Origin: Thermoanaerobaculaceae bacterium
GTDB taxonomy: Bacteria; Acidobacteriota; Thermoanaerobaculia; Multivoradales; UBA5704
Reading direction: 5' to 3'
DNA length: 64,000 nucleotides
Assembly: GCA_963785165.1 (NCBI GenBank)
Contig: CAWAUI010000004.1
Coordinates: 13,321 to 77,320, forward strand
Numbering within the stretch: position 1 is the stretch's first letter; each line of letters starts with the position of its first letter. The position numbers were made by a program, and so were the translations under genes. The notes below the pieces were generated by a model. It did no database searches and was not told the origin of the DNA. It saw only the letters and a program-made list of their open reading frames with translations. Shown here one piece after another: positions 42,340 through 52,897 of this stretch.

Positions 42340-45300
42340 GGGCTCCGCGTAGACGATCTCGACCACCGGGACCTCCCAGCGCTCGCACCGGAGGCGCTCG
42401 CGGTAGGCGGGATCGCTGCTCTCCTTTTTCCATTCGACCATGGCGGCGACGCGGGCGGATTCGACGGTTTCAACGCGGCTCTGCCACTCTTCGAGCCCCG
42501 TCTTCGACAGCCGGGCGACCGTGATGCCCATCGAAGTCTGGAGGTGGAGGGAGCCGTTGCCGGTCCTCGCCATCCGCAGGGTGTCCCCGGGCTGGAGACC
42601 GGCCAGGCTGTCGTGGACCGGGTGGCCCGGCGGCAGCTGGCCGGCATAGCTCAGGTGCAGCCCGGAGAGTCCGAGCAGAGAGAAGCGGCGGCGCCGGACC
42701 GCGGGCGGCGGCTCCGGCGGATCCAGGCGGCGCAAGAAGGTCTCGGGCCCTTCCTGGAGCAAGGGGACATGGGGGTTGCGCTCGTCGTGGCGCCACAGGA
42801 GATGGAGGGTCTCGCGGGCGCGGGTCATGCCGACGTAGTACAGGCGGCGCCGGGTCTCCTCGGCGGACGGTTCCTGGAGGGGCTGGCGCGGTTGCCAGTC
42901 CCCGTCCGCCAGGAAGACGTGGGGGAATTCCAACCCCTTCGCGCCGTGGACGGTGAGGAGGTGGACCCCCTCGCCGAAGACGGGGTCCCGCCGGCGCTCG
43001 GCCAGCGCCTCGTGGAAGAACTCCAGGGCCGCCGCCGTGCCGGTTTCCGCGTCCCCGACCTCCTCGCGCCACTCCTCCAGGATCTCGAAGACGATCGACC
43101 ACCAGGGGTTCGTGGCCTGGGCGCCGGCCCGGCGCCGGGCGAGGTCTTCGAGAAGGGAGGCCCGGCAGGGCTCGGACCGCCGATGATCCCGGTTGTCGAG
43201 ATCGGCGAGGAAGCCCGCGATCTCCCGGACACGATGGAGAGGAGGAAGCTTCTTGCGGTCCGCGTTCCAGGAGACCGGAATGCCCTCGTGCTCCAGAACG
43301 GCACGGATGGATTCGAGGATGGACCACTGGGTGGCGAGCACGGCGCAGTCGCGCCATTCGAATCGGGGATCCAGCCTCCGGAGACGCTCGAGCTGCCGGG
43401 CGATCGCCACGGCCTGCCTCCCGGCGTCGGCCACCGCCAGGATCTCGACCCGCCCCTGCCCCTCCGGGTCGAGGGCGGCCCACCGGCCTCCTTCAGGCTC
43501 GGCAAGGCGCCCGCCGTCAACGCGTAAGGGGTGGCCGCTCTTCATCCGTCCAGGGTTCCGGGCGATCAGCCGGTTGGCGCTGGCGAGGATGTGGCCGGTC
43601 GAGCGGAAGCTCTCGATCAGATAGTGGACCTCCGCCGCGTAGTCCTCCCGGAAGCGGCGGATGAAATCGACGTCGGCGCCCTGGAATCCGTAGATCGTCT
43701 GGTCGTCGTCGCCCACGGCGAGGATGGCGAGCTTGCGGTCGCGGTCGGCCAGAGTACGCCCGGCGATGGCCGAGACCAGCTCGTACTGGCGGGCGTTGAT
43801 GTCTTGGTACTCGTCAACCAGGATGTGGCTGTAGCCGGCGAGCAGGCGCTCGCGCAGCTCTTCATCGAAAAGGCTGCCCGTCTCACCGCTTCCGGAGCCC
43901 TGGAGGAGCCGGACCGCTTCTTCCAGATAACGATCCAACTCGAGCTCCCCGGTTTGCCGTGCGGCGGTGGCCAACGAGTGGCCGGTCAGGCGCAGGGCCA
44001 GCGCGTGGTAGGTCTGAACGGTGACGCCCCGGGCATCGTCCCCGATCAGGTCGCGCAGGCGGCGGCGCAGCTCGAGGGCCGCGTGGCGGTTGAAGCAGAG
44101 AACCAGGATCCCCCGCGCCGGCACGCGCTCGACCCGCAGAAGGCAGGCGCAGCGGTGGACCACCACCCGGGTCTTGCCGGAGCCGGGGCCGGCGAGGATG
44201 AGCACGTTGCGGTCCGGGGGGGCCGCCACGAGGGCCATCTGCGCTGGATGGTGGAGGCTGTCGACGATCCGCTGGTAGGACTCCTGGCTCGTGGCCCGCT
44301 TGACGATCGCTTCCTCACCGGCGAAGTGGCGGCGCACGAAGCTCTCCTTGGCGAGGTGGAAGTAGTCGTCCACCAGGGACAGGGCGTGGCGGATCGCCGT
44401 CAGGCCGAGCCGCGCGTAGCGCGCCATGACATGGATCTGGAAGGTCCGTTCGTCGTAGTGCTGGGAGAGCGGCGCGTAGTCTCCCTGGGTATAGCGCCGC
44501 CCCTTGGCCTCGGGCAGGGTCCGCAGGGTCATGGCTTGGCGGAAGACGGCGAGCCCGTGCTGGAGCTGCAGGACGCCCTGCTCGTGAAGGAACAGGAGGG
44601 CCCGCTCGGCGGTGGCGAGCGGGTCGGAGATCTGCCCGGCGAGGAAGAGGTCGCGGCGCAGGGCGTCCGTCAGGTCTTCCATGGCGAAGGAGACCAGCAC
44701 GCGCCCCGCCGCCTCGGGTTGCACCCGGGCGAGGAGCGTGTCGAGCACCGCCCCGGCCGCCCTGCGGCGCAGCCCGGCCGTTTCCAGGACCTCGTTCCAC
44801 CCCTGGAGCAGGCGCGCCCGGTAGTGGTGGCGGGAACGGTAGGCAAGCTCCAGGATGCCGGGCTGGCCGGCCGTGCTCCGGCCCTCGCGGGCGAGCCCCC
44901 GCAACAACTGCCGCAGAGTCTCCGGATGGCTCGGAAGCCCTTGGTCGAGAAGCCGCTGGTTGACCAGCCGCAGCGACAGCTCGCACCAGCCGCCGTCTTC
45001 TACGTCGGGATTGGCTTCGCGCAGGAGGTCGAGCAGGGCAAGCTCCAAGCGGCACAGGGCCTCGAAGGCGGCGCCCGAGGCGTGGCGGCCCCGCCGCTCC
45101 AGGTAGGCCGTCAATTGAAGGCCCCCTTGAATGAGCCCGGCTTCCGCCATTCCTTGGAGGAGGCGGAGGATCCGGTCCCCCCGGGGCTCCTCGAGCCGGC
45201 CGGCTTCCAGCTTGAGGCCCGGCAGCTCGGACAGCTCGTCCGCCGTCAGGCCACGGGACGGGTCGGCGTTGATCAGCGCCTCGACCAAGACGAGCCAGCG

Positions 45301-47566
45301 CCCGCCCGTCCGCCTCGGCAGGCCGGAGCCGAGGGCGGCGATCCGTTGCCGGGCCTCGTCCAGGGTGCGCACGCGGAGCCGGCCCTGGAAGATGCGCGTC
45401 CGGTTCTCGCCTCGCTCGATCAGGCCGGCGCGCTCCAGCCAGGCCACGGCGGTCTTCACCTTGGTGTCCGCGTTGCCGTCGAGAGGGCTGAAATCGGTGT
45501 CGACATCCTCTTCGCGGAGCAGCTCGCCGCTGGTGACCTCGACCTCCCCGTCTTCGCTTTTGCGGGCCAGTGGCGCAGGCCGCGCAGGATCTGGGCGATG
45601 TCCCGCTGGGTGAGCTTTCCCCGGGCGGAAAGCTGGAACTGCCGTTCGAGATCGCCTTCGTCGAACAGCAGGACGCAGTCCGAGGGGAGCCGGTCCCGGC
45701 CGGCGCGCCCGGCCTCCTGGAGATAGCTTTCGAGCGAGCCGGGCATCTCGGCATGGAGCACCAGGCGGACGTTCTCCTTGTCGATCCCCATGCCGAAGGC
45801 GTTGGTGGCGCAGACCACCGGCACCGAGCCGGCGATGAACGCCTCCTGCACGCGGCGTTTCTCCGGAGGGGGGAGGCCGGCGTGGAAAGCCTCGGCCGGC
45901 AGGCCCCGCCCGGTCAGATAGCGCGCGGCCTCCAGCTCCCCCGGCGGCTCGCGAAATAGACGACGGCACAGCCGCCCGGGTGCCGGTCCAGCGTCTCCCG
46001 CAGGATCTCGAAGATCTTCGCCAGCTTCTCCGCGGGGTGGGCCTGGGCCACCTCGAACAGCAGCTTCTCCCGTTCGACCCCGCCTTCGAACACCGCCAGC
46101 TCCTGGCCGAGCTCGCGGCGGAAGTGATCCAGGATCTCGCCCCGCACGTCCGTCTTGGCCGTGGCCGTGAAGCAGGCGACCGGGGGGACCGGGACGCCCT
46201 GGCTCTTCGCCAGCTCCCGGATGAAGCGGGCCGCGTAGAGGTAGTCCGGCCGGAAGTCGTGCCCCCACTTCGACAGGCAATGGGCCTCGTCGAACACCCA
46301 GCAGCCGATCTCCCGCTGCTGGACGGCCTCGCGGAACGAGCGGTTGCGCAGCTGCTCGGGCGCCACGTAGAGGAGGGCCACGTCGCCGAGCCGCACCCGC
46401 TCCAGCACGTCGCCCGCGCTCCGGCGGCGTGAGCAGCCCGTTGAGCGCCGCCGCGCAGCCCAGGCCCGTGCGCTGGTCAGGTTCTCGACCTGGTCCTTCA
46501 TGAGGGCCTGGAGGGGCGAGAGGACGAGGGTCAGCAGGCCCCGCCGGGCGTACCGCACCAGGGCCGGCAGCTGGTAGCAGAGCGACTTGCCGCCCCCGGT
46601 CGGCAGGATCGCCAGCAGAGAGTCCCCCGCGAGGCCTCTTTCGACGACTTCCTGCTGGAGCCCCTGGCCGCCCGGCAGCACCGGCTTCGGGCGGAAGGCG
46701 TCGAGGTCGAAGAAGCGGCGAAGCTGGGCCTGGGGATCGTGGGTCCCGCGGCAGTAGTCACATCCAGGGTCGATGCAGGGGGGCTCGCGCAGGGCGTTCA
46801 GGAGCGCGGGCGTGGCCGGGTGGCGGTGGCGCACCCAGGGCGGCAGCACGGAGCTTCCTCCGGCGACCCGCAGCCAGGCGGCGGCGTAGGCCCAGGCGAT
46901 CCGGCCCTCTGGATGGGCGAGGGCGTCCACCCCGGCGGATCTCAGGGCCGTGAGGCACGCCTGGTCCCGGAGAGTCTCCAGGTAGGGCGCCGCCTCGGCG
47001 AGGCTCATCGCGGGCCTTCCCGAGACGGCACCGAAAACCTCTTCCAGGCCCCGTGCCGGGGGCTCCGGCAGCCCGCCCAGGCAGAACGCGTAGAAAGCGA
47101 GCCGTTCCGGCTCGCGGGCGGCCAGGGTGGAGAAGCTCTTCCACTGGTCCTCGAAAACCGACGCGGCGAGCCGCGCGTCGGCCACCGGGTCGTTCACCGC
47201 CTCGCGGACCAGCTTGTAGTCCTTGACCAGGCGGTGGTAGGGGTTTTCGGGGAAGGCGAGCGGCGAGAGGAACAGCGTGTCGACGACCGGCTTGCGGTGC
47301 AGCTCCAGGCCGGGTGCGAGCCGCGCCAGCACCGGCAGGTCATGGCCGATCAGGTTGTGCCCGAGGACCCTCTCCGCGCCGTTCGCCAGGCGGTCGAGCG
47401 CCTCCAGGGACTCGCCCAGGGGAAAGCTCCCCTTGCGCTCGAAGACTTCACCTGCCAGGACCGCTCCGATCTTGAGGACTCGGTCCGGGTCCCGCTCACT
47501 GGTTTCCAGGTCCAGGAATAGGGACCGGTTGAGAAACGACGGGAGCACGGGGCGTGAGTGTATCAA
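42337..47566 (-). CDS. Exonuclease-like / RecQ helicase / UvrD helicase fusion (three frameshifts)
   Basis: LFLDLET...GHNLIGHD; LPTGGGKSLCYQLP, DEAHCLSKWGHDFRPDY, TNAFGMGIDK, QEAGRAGRD; LAGPGSGKT, VDEYQD, VGDDDQTIY, TVHGAKGLEF, YVGMTRAR. Confidence 0.92.
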
Positions 47567-48606
47567 CGGATCCGTGCGAGCCGCTCATCAGCACCGCGAG
47601 GGGGCGCAGGGGCTCGATGTGCTCGCAGACGATCTTGAGCATCGAGGTGATGGGCACCGAGAGGATCATCCCCCAGGGTCCCCAGAGCCAGCCCCAGAAG
47701 ATCAGGGAGAGCAGCACGAGGAGGGTGCTCAGGTTCATGCTGCCGCCCATCACCCGCGGCTCGATGACGTTGCCCACGGCGAACTGGAGCGCGGCGTTGA
47801 GCAGGGCGATGAGCAGGGCCAGGCCGGGCGAGAACTGGAGGAAGAGGAAGACCGTCGGCAGGGCCACCGAGAGGATCGCGCCCAGGCTCGGGATGTAGTG
47901 GGCCAGGAACGTCACCAAGCCCCAGAAGAGGGGGAAATCGACCCCGAAGGCGGCCAGCAGCAGGGCCACCGCGATGCCCGTGGCCAGGTTGATCAACGTC
48001 TTCATGAGCAGGTACCGGCGGGTCTCCTCTTCGATGCTCTGGATGACGCCGTCCAGCCGCTCGGCGTGCTCGGCGGCGAAGGCCCGCCGGAGCTTGCCCG
48101 GGAACGCCTCGCTGCCCGAGAGCAGGAAGACCAGGAAGAGCAGCACCAGGACGGCGTCGTTGAAGAAGATCAGGAACGAGCCGACCATGGCCGCCACCAC
48201 GCCGGTCACGGAGGAGATCTCCACCGCCTTGTCCCACTGGTAGTGCGCGATCTGCGACTGGATCTGGGGGAAGGAGGCGGCCAGCCAGCCCGACATCCCT
48301 TCGAGGAGCCCCTTGAGCCGCGCCTGGTACCGGGGCATGGCCTCGGTGAACGACTGGGCGCTGGAGTAAAGCACCATCGAGAAGATCAGGATGACGGTCG
48401 CCACCAGGATCAGCACCAGCAGGATCGCCAGGGCGGAGGGCACCCGCCGCCGGTGAGGGAGCCGCCACGAGGGGCGAGAAGATCTGCGACAGGAAGGCCG
48501 CGACCACGAAGGGCACCAAGACGGACTTCAGGATGTGCAGCACGAAGCCGACGGCAAGAAAGACCAGGATGCCCAGGAAGATCAGGATCAGCTTCGTGTC
48601 ACGCAT
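47563..48606 (-). CDS. AI-2E family transporter (frameshift near 48450; end uncertain)
   Basis: YIPSLG, GNVIEPRVMG, LSLIFWGWLWGPWGMILSVP. Confidence 0.9.
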   Translation of the reverse strand: MRDTKLILIFLGILVFLAVGFVLHILKSVLVPFVVAAFLSQIFSPLVAAPSPAAGALRPGDPAGADPGGDRHPDLLDGALLQRPVVHRGHAPVPGAAQGAPRRDVGLAGRLLPPDPVADRALPVGQGGGDLLRDRRGGGHGRLVPDLLQRRRPGAALPGLPALGQRGVPGQAPAGLRRRARRAAGRRHPEHRRGDPPVPAHEDVDQPGHGHRGGPAAGRLRGRFPPLLGLGDVPGPLHPEPGRDPLGGPADGLPLPPVLARPGPAHRPAQRRAPVRRGQRHRAAGDGRQHEPEHPPRAALPDLLGLALGTLGDDPLGAHHLDAQDRLRAHRAPAPPRGADERLARIR

Positions 48607-48634
48607 TTTGCGGACCTCGGGCGAATTTTACCTT

Positions 48635-49432
48635 TCAGCGTAACACAGGGGCCTCAACCGAAGCCGCCGCGAAGCCGCTCCCCGACGCGACGATGGGGAT
48701 GACCGAGCCGAAGCCGCCCGCGCTGTTGCGTTTGAGGCCGAAGACCGCCAGGGCGCGGTAGGCCAGGCCGCGGAACCTGGACGGCTTCTGCACCGTGAGG
48801 GGCCTCGGCGGCTGGTCGGCCGCCGGATCCTGAAGGTAGATCTCGACGCCCGCCTCCTGCCAGCGCAGCAGCACGTGGGAGAGGTCTTCCCGCGGCTGAT
48901 CCGCCGGGGTCTTCGGCTGCAAGAGGACCACCCGGCGGATTCCCTGCGAGAGGAGGAACGTGGCCGAAGGAAAGTCCTGGGGGAAGACGAGCCAGCGGTT
49001 GTCGAACTTGCCCGGTCCCGGCTGCCCGTCGCCGCGTCCCGAGTCCAGGAGAAAGGCCGGCGGCTCTCCGGGCCGGGAGGGGAGGCGGCTGATTTCCTCC
49101 GCGCCCGCCTGGAGCTGGTCGAGGATGGGGCGCACGCTCACCACCGCCGCCGTGTGGTCCGCGGTGTTGAAGAGCGGCACCGGCCGGTAGCCGGCCCGGG
49201 CCAGGGCCAGCCCGAGCTCGACCGACTGGGCGCCCGGCAGGTCGAGCACGAAGGCCGTGGAGGACTCTTCCAGGACCCTCAGGCGCGGCTCTTCTCTCGG
49301 CATCGCCGGAGGTGGCGGCAGCCCTGCCGCCGTGCTCGTCACCACGGTTTGGGTGAACAGAGCGGGCTTGGCCCAGCGCGACCAGACCGAGCCCGCCGGC
49401 GCCCAGGTCTCAAACAGCTGCTGCATGTCCAT
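48635..49432 (-). CDS. Hypothetical protein
   Basis: WAPAGSVWSRWAKPALF, GYRPVPLFN, FDNRWLVFPQDFPSA, LKRNSAGGFG. Overlaps the upstream ligase gene. Confidence 0.75.
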   Translation of the reverse strand: MDMQQLFETWAPAGSVWSRWAKPALFTQTVVTSTAAGLPPPPAMPREEPRLRVLEESSTAFVLDLPGAQSVELGLALARAGYRPVPLFNTADHTAAVVSVRPILDQLQAGAEEISRLPSRPGEPPAFLLDSGRGDGQPGPGKFDNRWLVFPQDFPSATFLLSQGIRRVVLLQPKTPADQPREDLSHVLLRWQEAGVEIYLQDPAADQPPRPLTVQKPSRFRGLAYRALAVFGLKRNSAGGFGSVIPIVASGSGFAAASVEAPVLR

Positions 49433-50696
49433 GGAGGACCTCCTCCCGAGGCGCCAGCAGCACGGCGGCGTCCTGGGCCAGATGGTTGATGAGGGGGCGC
49501 CGGGCGACGCGGCCATAGGCGCCGGCCGCCCGGCCGTCCACGGTGTAGACGCCCACGCAGGGGAAACAGGGCTCCTCGCCGGGGGCCTGGAACGGCACGG
49601 CTTCGAATCGCCGCTGGGCCGCCCACCAGCCGGGGAAGCGGCGCGCGGCCTTGCGGATGGGCACCCACTCTTTCTCCGAGGTGGCGCCCGCCAGTCCGAT
49701 GCCGTCCCCCACACGGCCGAGCGAGGGTTTGAGCACCCAGTCGGAGCTCCGCTGCCAGCTCGCCTCGCGTGGGTCGCGGGTCTCCGGCAGGAGCGTGCGC
49801 CAGGTGGGCAGGGGTGTGGCCAGGCGGTCCCAGACGAGAGGGAAGCGTTTGCTCTGGGTGAGCAGCGCAGCGGCCGGGTTGCTCACCGGCGTCCGTGCGC
49901 CGCGAAAGAAGTGCTTCCAGCCGCAGGAGCGGGGGAGGTTGGGCAGCCACTCGGCGGGGAAGAAGCGGAGCAGGGCTCCGGGCTTACCCATGAAATCGCC
50001 CGCCCTGACCGTGGCACGCCCGTCCCGCCAGCGCAGGTGGTCGGGTGCGGCGAGCACCGCACGGCGCCCCCGCGCCTCGATCTCGCGGGCCAGATACACC
50101 ATGACCTGGCGGTCGTCGCTGTAGGCCGTTGCATGCACCAGGACCACGGCGGTTCCCGGCGGGGTCGCGGTGGCGACGGCCTCGGCGAGGCTTCCCGCCG
50201 GGTCGCCCGCCGGCTCGCTGCCAGGGTAGTGGGGGCTCATCAGGCGGGTGAAGCCGGAGGCCTCGTTGAACCCTCCGGGCACGTCGGTGTTGGCCTCGGA
50301 GATCCGCCAGCCTTCGGCCGTCCAGTGGAAGTCGAAGCGCAGCACCTTGGCGATCCCCGGCGAAGCTCCCCGGGTCCGCGCTCCCTTCAGGGCGCGCCGC
50401 ACGATCCAGGGGAGCCCGAGGTCGCGGTGGAGCTCCGGCCGGTGCACCAGCTCCTCTTCCGCCGCGGTGACCTCGGCCGCCAGTTGTTCGGCGAGCCGGG
50501 CGATTTCGGCCCAGGCCTCACGCCGGAGGAGCAGGGGGAAAGGAGAGAGGGTGGCCACGTCCTCCACCTGGGGGTCCCACTTGCAGCACTCGAAGATGGC
50601 CCGCCGGCGCACCTGGGCAAACAAGTCCGGCGGCACCGGCTTCGCGGGCTCCCAGGGCGGGGCCGGTTTAGGGGGCAAGGCGGGGATCAATTCCAC
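49410..50696 (-). CDS. Glutathionylspermidine-synthase-like ATP-grasp protein
   Basis: LRFDFH, ISEANTDVPGGFNEA, LLTQSKR, WVLKPSLGRVG. Confidence 0.8.
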   Translation of the reverse strand: MELIPALPPKPAPPWEPAKPVPPDLFAQVRRRAIFECCKWDPQVEDVATLSPFPLLLRREAWAEIARLAEQLAAEVTAAEEELVHRPELHRDLGLPWIVRRALKGARTRGASPGIAKVLRFDFHWTAEGWRISEANTDVPGGFNEASGFTRLMSPHYPGSEPAGDPAGSLAEAVATATPPGTAVVLVHATAYSDDRQVMVYLAREIEARGRRAVLAAPDHLRWRDGRATVRAGDFMGKPGALLRFFPAEWLPNLPRSCGWKHFFRGARTPVSNPAAALLTQSKRFPLVWDRLATPLPTWRTLLPETRDPREASWQRSSDWVLKPSLGRVGDGIGLAGATSEKEWVPIRKAARRFPGWWAAQRRFEAVPFQAPGEEPCFPCVGVYTVDGRAAGAYGRVARRPLINHLAQDAAVLLAPREEVLHGHAAAV

Positions 50697-51487
50697 CAGC
50701 CGGCCCACGCCGTGAAGAAGGCCGCGATCCCCAGGTAGAGGGCGAAGGGGGCGAGGCCGTGGGTGGCCAGCGGAGCCGCGGGCCGCTCCGGGCTGGGGCG
50801 GAGCTGGCTTTCCAGCCCCGAGGCCACGAGCCACAGGGCGGCCGCCGGCCAGGCGAGCTTCCCGAAGTCGATGGCCGTGGCGGCAGCCGAGTGCCAGTCG
50901 CCGGCCACCGCCCGGCCCAGGATCAGCCCGCTGCCGATGAAGAAGCCCGCGGTCCGCACGCCCGCCGCGGCGTCGCGGTCGATGGTGAGGGTGTCCGCCA
51001 GACCCGTGGTCCGGGCGAGCAGCATCCAGGCGATGAAGAGGGCCGCGGTCGAGAGGAAGGCGGAGAAGAACACCACCCACCAGCCCGGGCCGTTGCCGAT
51101 GTTGGCGCCCGCGAAGCAGAGGGTGAGCCCCAAGAGGGCGCCGCCGATGGCCAGGGCGGCGCCCGGGTTCGCCCGCTCTATGACGTCGTCGCGCGCGCTC
51201 AAGCCCTGGTAGGGCAGGGTCCAGGCGGTCACTCCGACCCACGCCGCGCCGACCACCATGTAAAAGGCCAGGTAGACCGGATCCTCGCGCACGTCCAGGG
51301 ACGAGAACCGCTCGAGGACGGCGTAGAGCACCGCGGCGCAGATCGCGGGAGCGAGCAGGAGCGGCCAGCGGTGCTGGAACCGGGAGCAGCGCGGCGCCGT
51401 GAAAGTCGCCTGCCAGAACCAGACGGCCCACGACACGGTGGCCGCGAACCCGCACAGGACCAGAACCATCACCTCGTCACCTGACAT
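50687..51487 (-). CDS. Multi-pass membrane protein, DUF350-like
   Basis: About 8 TM segments with duplicated DDVIERANPGAA / DTLTIDRDAAAG motif, next to the GSP-synthase-like gene. Confidence 0.6.
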   Translation of the reverse strand: MSGDEVMVLVLCGFAATVSWAVWFWQATFTAPRCSRFQHRWPLLLAPAICAAVLYAVLERFSSLDVREDPVYLAFYMVVGAAWVGVTAWTLPYQGLSARDDVIERANPGAALAIGGALLGLTLCFAGANIGNGPGWWVVFFSAFLSTAALFIAWMLLARTTGLADTLTIDRDAAAGVRTAGFFIGSGLILGRAVAGDWHSAAATAIDFGKLAWPAAALWLVASGLESQLRPSPERPAAPLATHGLAPFALYLGIAAFFTAWAGWWN

Positions 51488-51725
51488 CGTCGTCCGCCCT
51501 CCCTGAAGAACCCGCCGGTGGCGGTACGGTACCGGGGGTGGTCCGCCTCGTCAACCAGGAGAGCAGAGCCGCCTGAAGGAGGGGCACGGCGGCCAGCAGG
51601 AACAGCGCCCCGCCCCCCCGGTCCGCCACGCGCTGGAACACCAGCGCCGAGGCCACGGCCCGCGTGAGCCAGAAGGCTCCCAGGAGAGTCAGCCAGAGGG
51701 TGAGGAGCCGCTTCATGGGCATCAT
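51477..51725 (-). CDS. Small two-TM hypothetical protein
   Basis: Two hydrophobic stretches; overlaps the next gene start. Confidence 0.55.
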   Translation of the reverse strand: MMPMKRLLTLWLTLLGAFWLTRAVASALVFQRVADRGGGALFLLAAVPLLQAALLSWLTRRTTPGTVPPPAGSSGRADDDVR

Positions 51726-51734
51726 CTTGAGTTT

Positions 51735-51765
51735 GGCTGATTGGAAGTCCGACTTCCAATTAGCC
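51735..51765. promoter_or_regulatory. 31-bp palindrome between divergent genes
   Basis: ggctgattggaagtc-c-gacttccaattagcc, 14/15 arm match. Confidence 0.6.
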
Positions 51766-51826
51766 GGAATGAATCGGGCTCACTCCTCCCCTCCGGAGGC
51801 ACTGACAGGAGTAAGGAGGAACCAAA

Positions 51827-52819
51827 ATGACCCGAACGTTCCGCGTGACCGTCTCGCTGTTGCTGCTGGCTGCCGTCCTCGCTCTTCCCGCCCAGGCCAA
51901 GGTGACCCGGTATCTCACCGGCAACGCGGCCGACGTGGTGGTCCCCCTGGCCGGGCCGGCCCATGACTTCGGCGGCGGCGGCACGGACGTGGACGCGGCC
52001 CTCCAGTGGATCATCGACCAGGTGCGCGGCTGCACGAGCTGCTCGACCAAGGTCGACGTGGTCATCCTCCGCGCCACGGGCTCGAACGGCTACAACGACT
52101 ACATCTATGCCATGAACGGCGTCGATTCGGTCGAGACCCTGGTGATCACCCGGGCCAGCGACTCCAACACCACGGCGGTCGAGACCACGGTCAAGAACGC
52201 CGAGGTCGTCTTCTTCGCCGGCGGCGACCAGTGCGACTACGTCAAGCTCTTCAAGGGGACCAAGGTCGAGACGGCCGTCGAATCGGTCTACGCCAAGGGC
52301 GGCGGCGTCGGCGGCACCAGCGCCGGCCTCGCCATCCAGGGGGACTTCACCTACGACGCCTGCACCGGCAGCGTCACTCTCGAGCCGAGGCCCTGGCCAA
52401 CCCCTACCACCGCTACGCCACCTTCACCTACGACTTCTTCCACTGGGCCAACCTGCAGGCCACGATCACCGACAGCCACTTCGTGACCCGCGACCGGATG
52501 GGGCGGACGATGGCCTTCGTGGCCCGCCAGATCAAGGACGGCAAGGCGGCGAGTGCCCTGGCGGTGGCGGTCAACGAGGCGACCTCGGTGGTGGTGGACC
52601 AGAACGGCCTGGCCACGGTGACCGGCGCCGGCCCGGCCTACTTCGTCCTGGGCGACCACGCGCCGGAGGTCTGCCTGGCCGGGACGCCGCTGACGTACTC
52701 CAATTTCAAGATCTGGAAGGTGGCCTCCGGCGGCACGTTCGACCTGCAAGAACCGGCCCACGGCGGGCTTCTACCTGCGCAGCGTCAACAACGGGGTGAT
52801 CAGCTCGAATCCGTACTGA
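51827..52819 (+). CDS. Secreted cyanophycinase-like S51 peptidase (two frameshifts)
   Basis: Signal peptide, VFFAGGDQ, GGTSAG, TDSHFVTRDRMGR. Confidence 0.88.
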
Positions 52820-52897
52820 CGGCCTGGCGCTGGAATCTGTAACGCAGTCGTTGCATAATCCCGCCAAGTTTGCGGACCTTGAAAGGGGGAACCAGTA

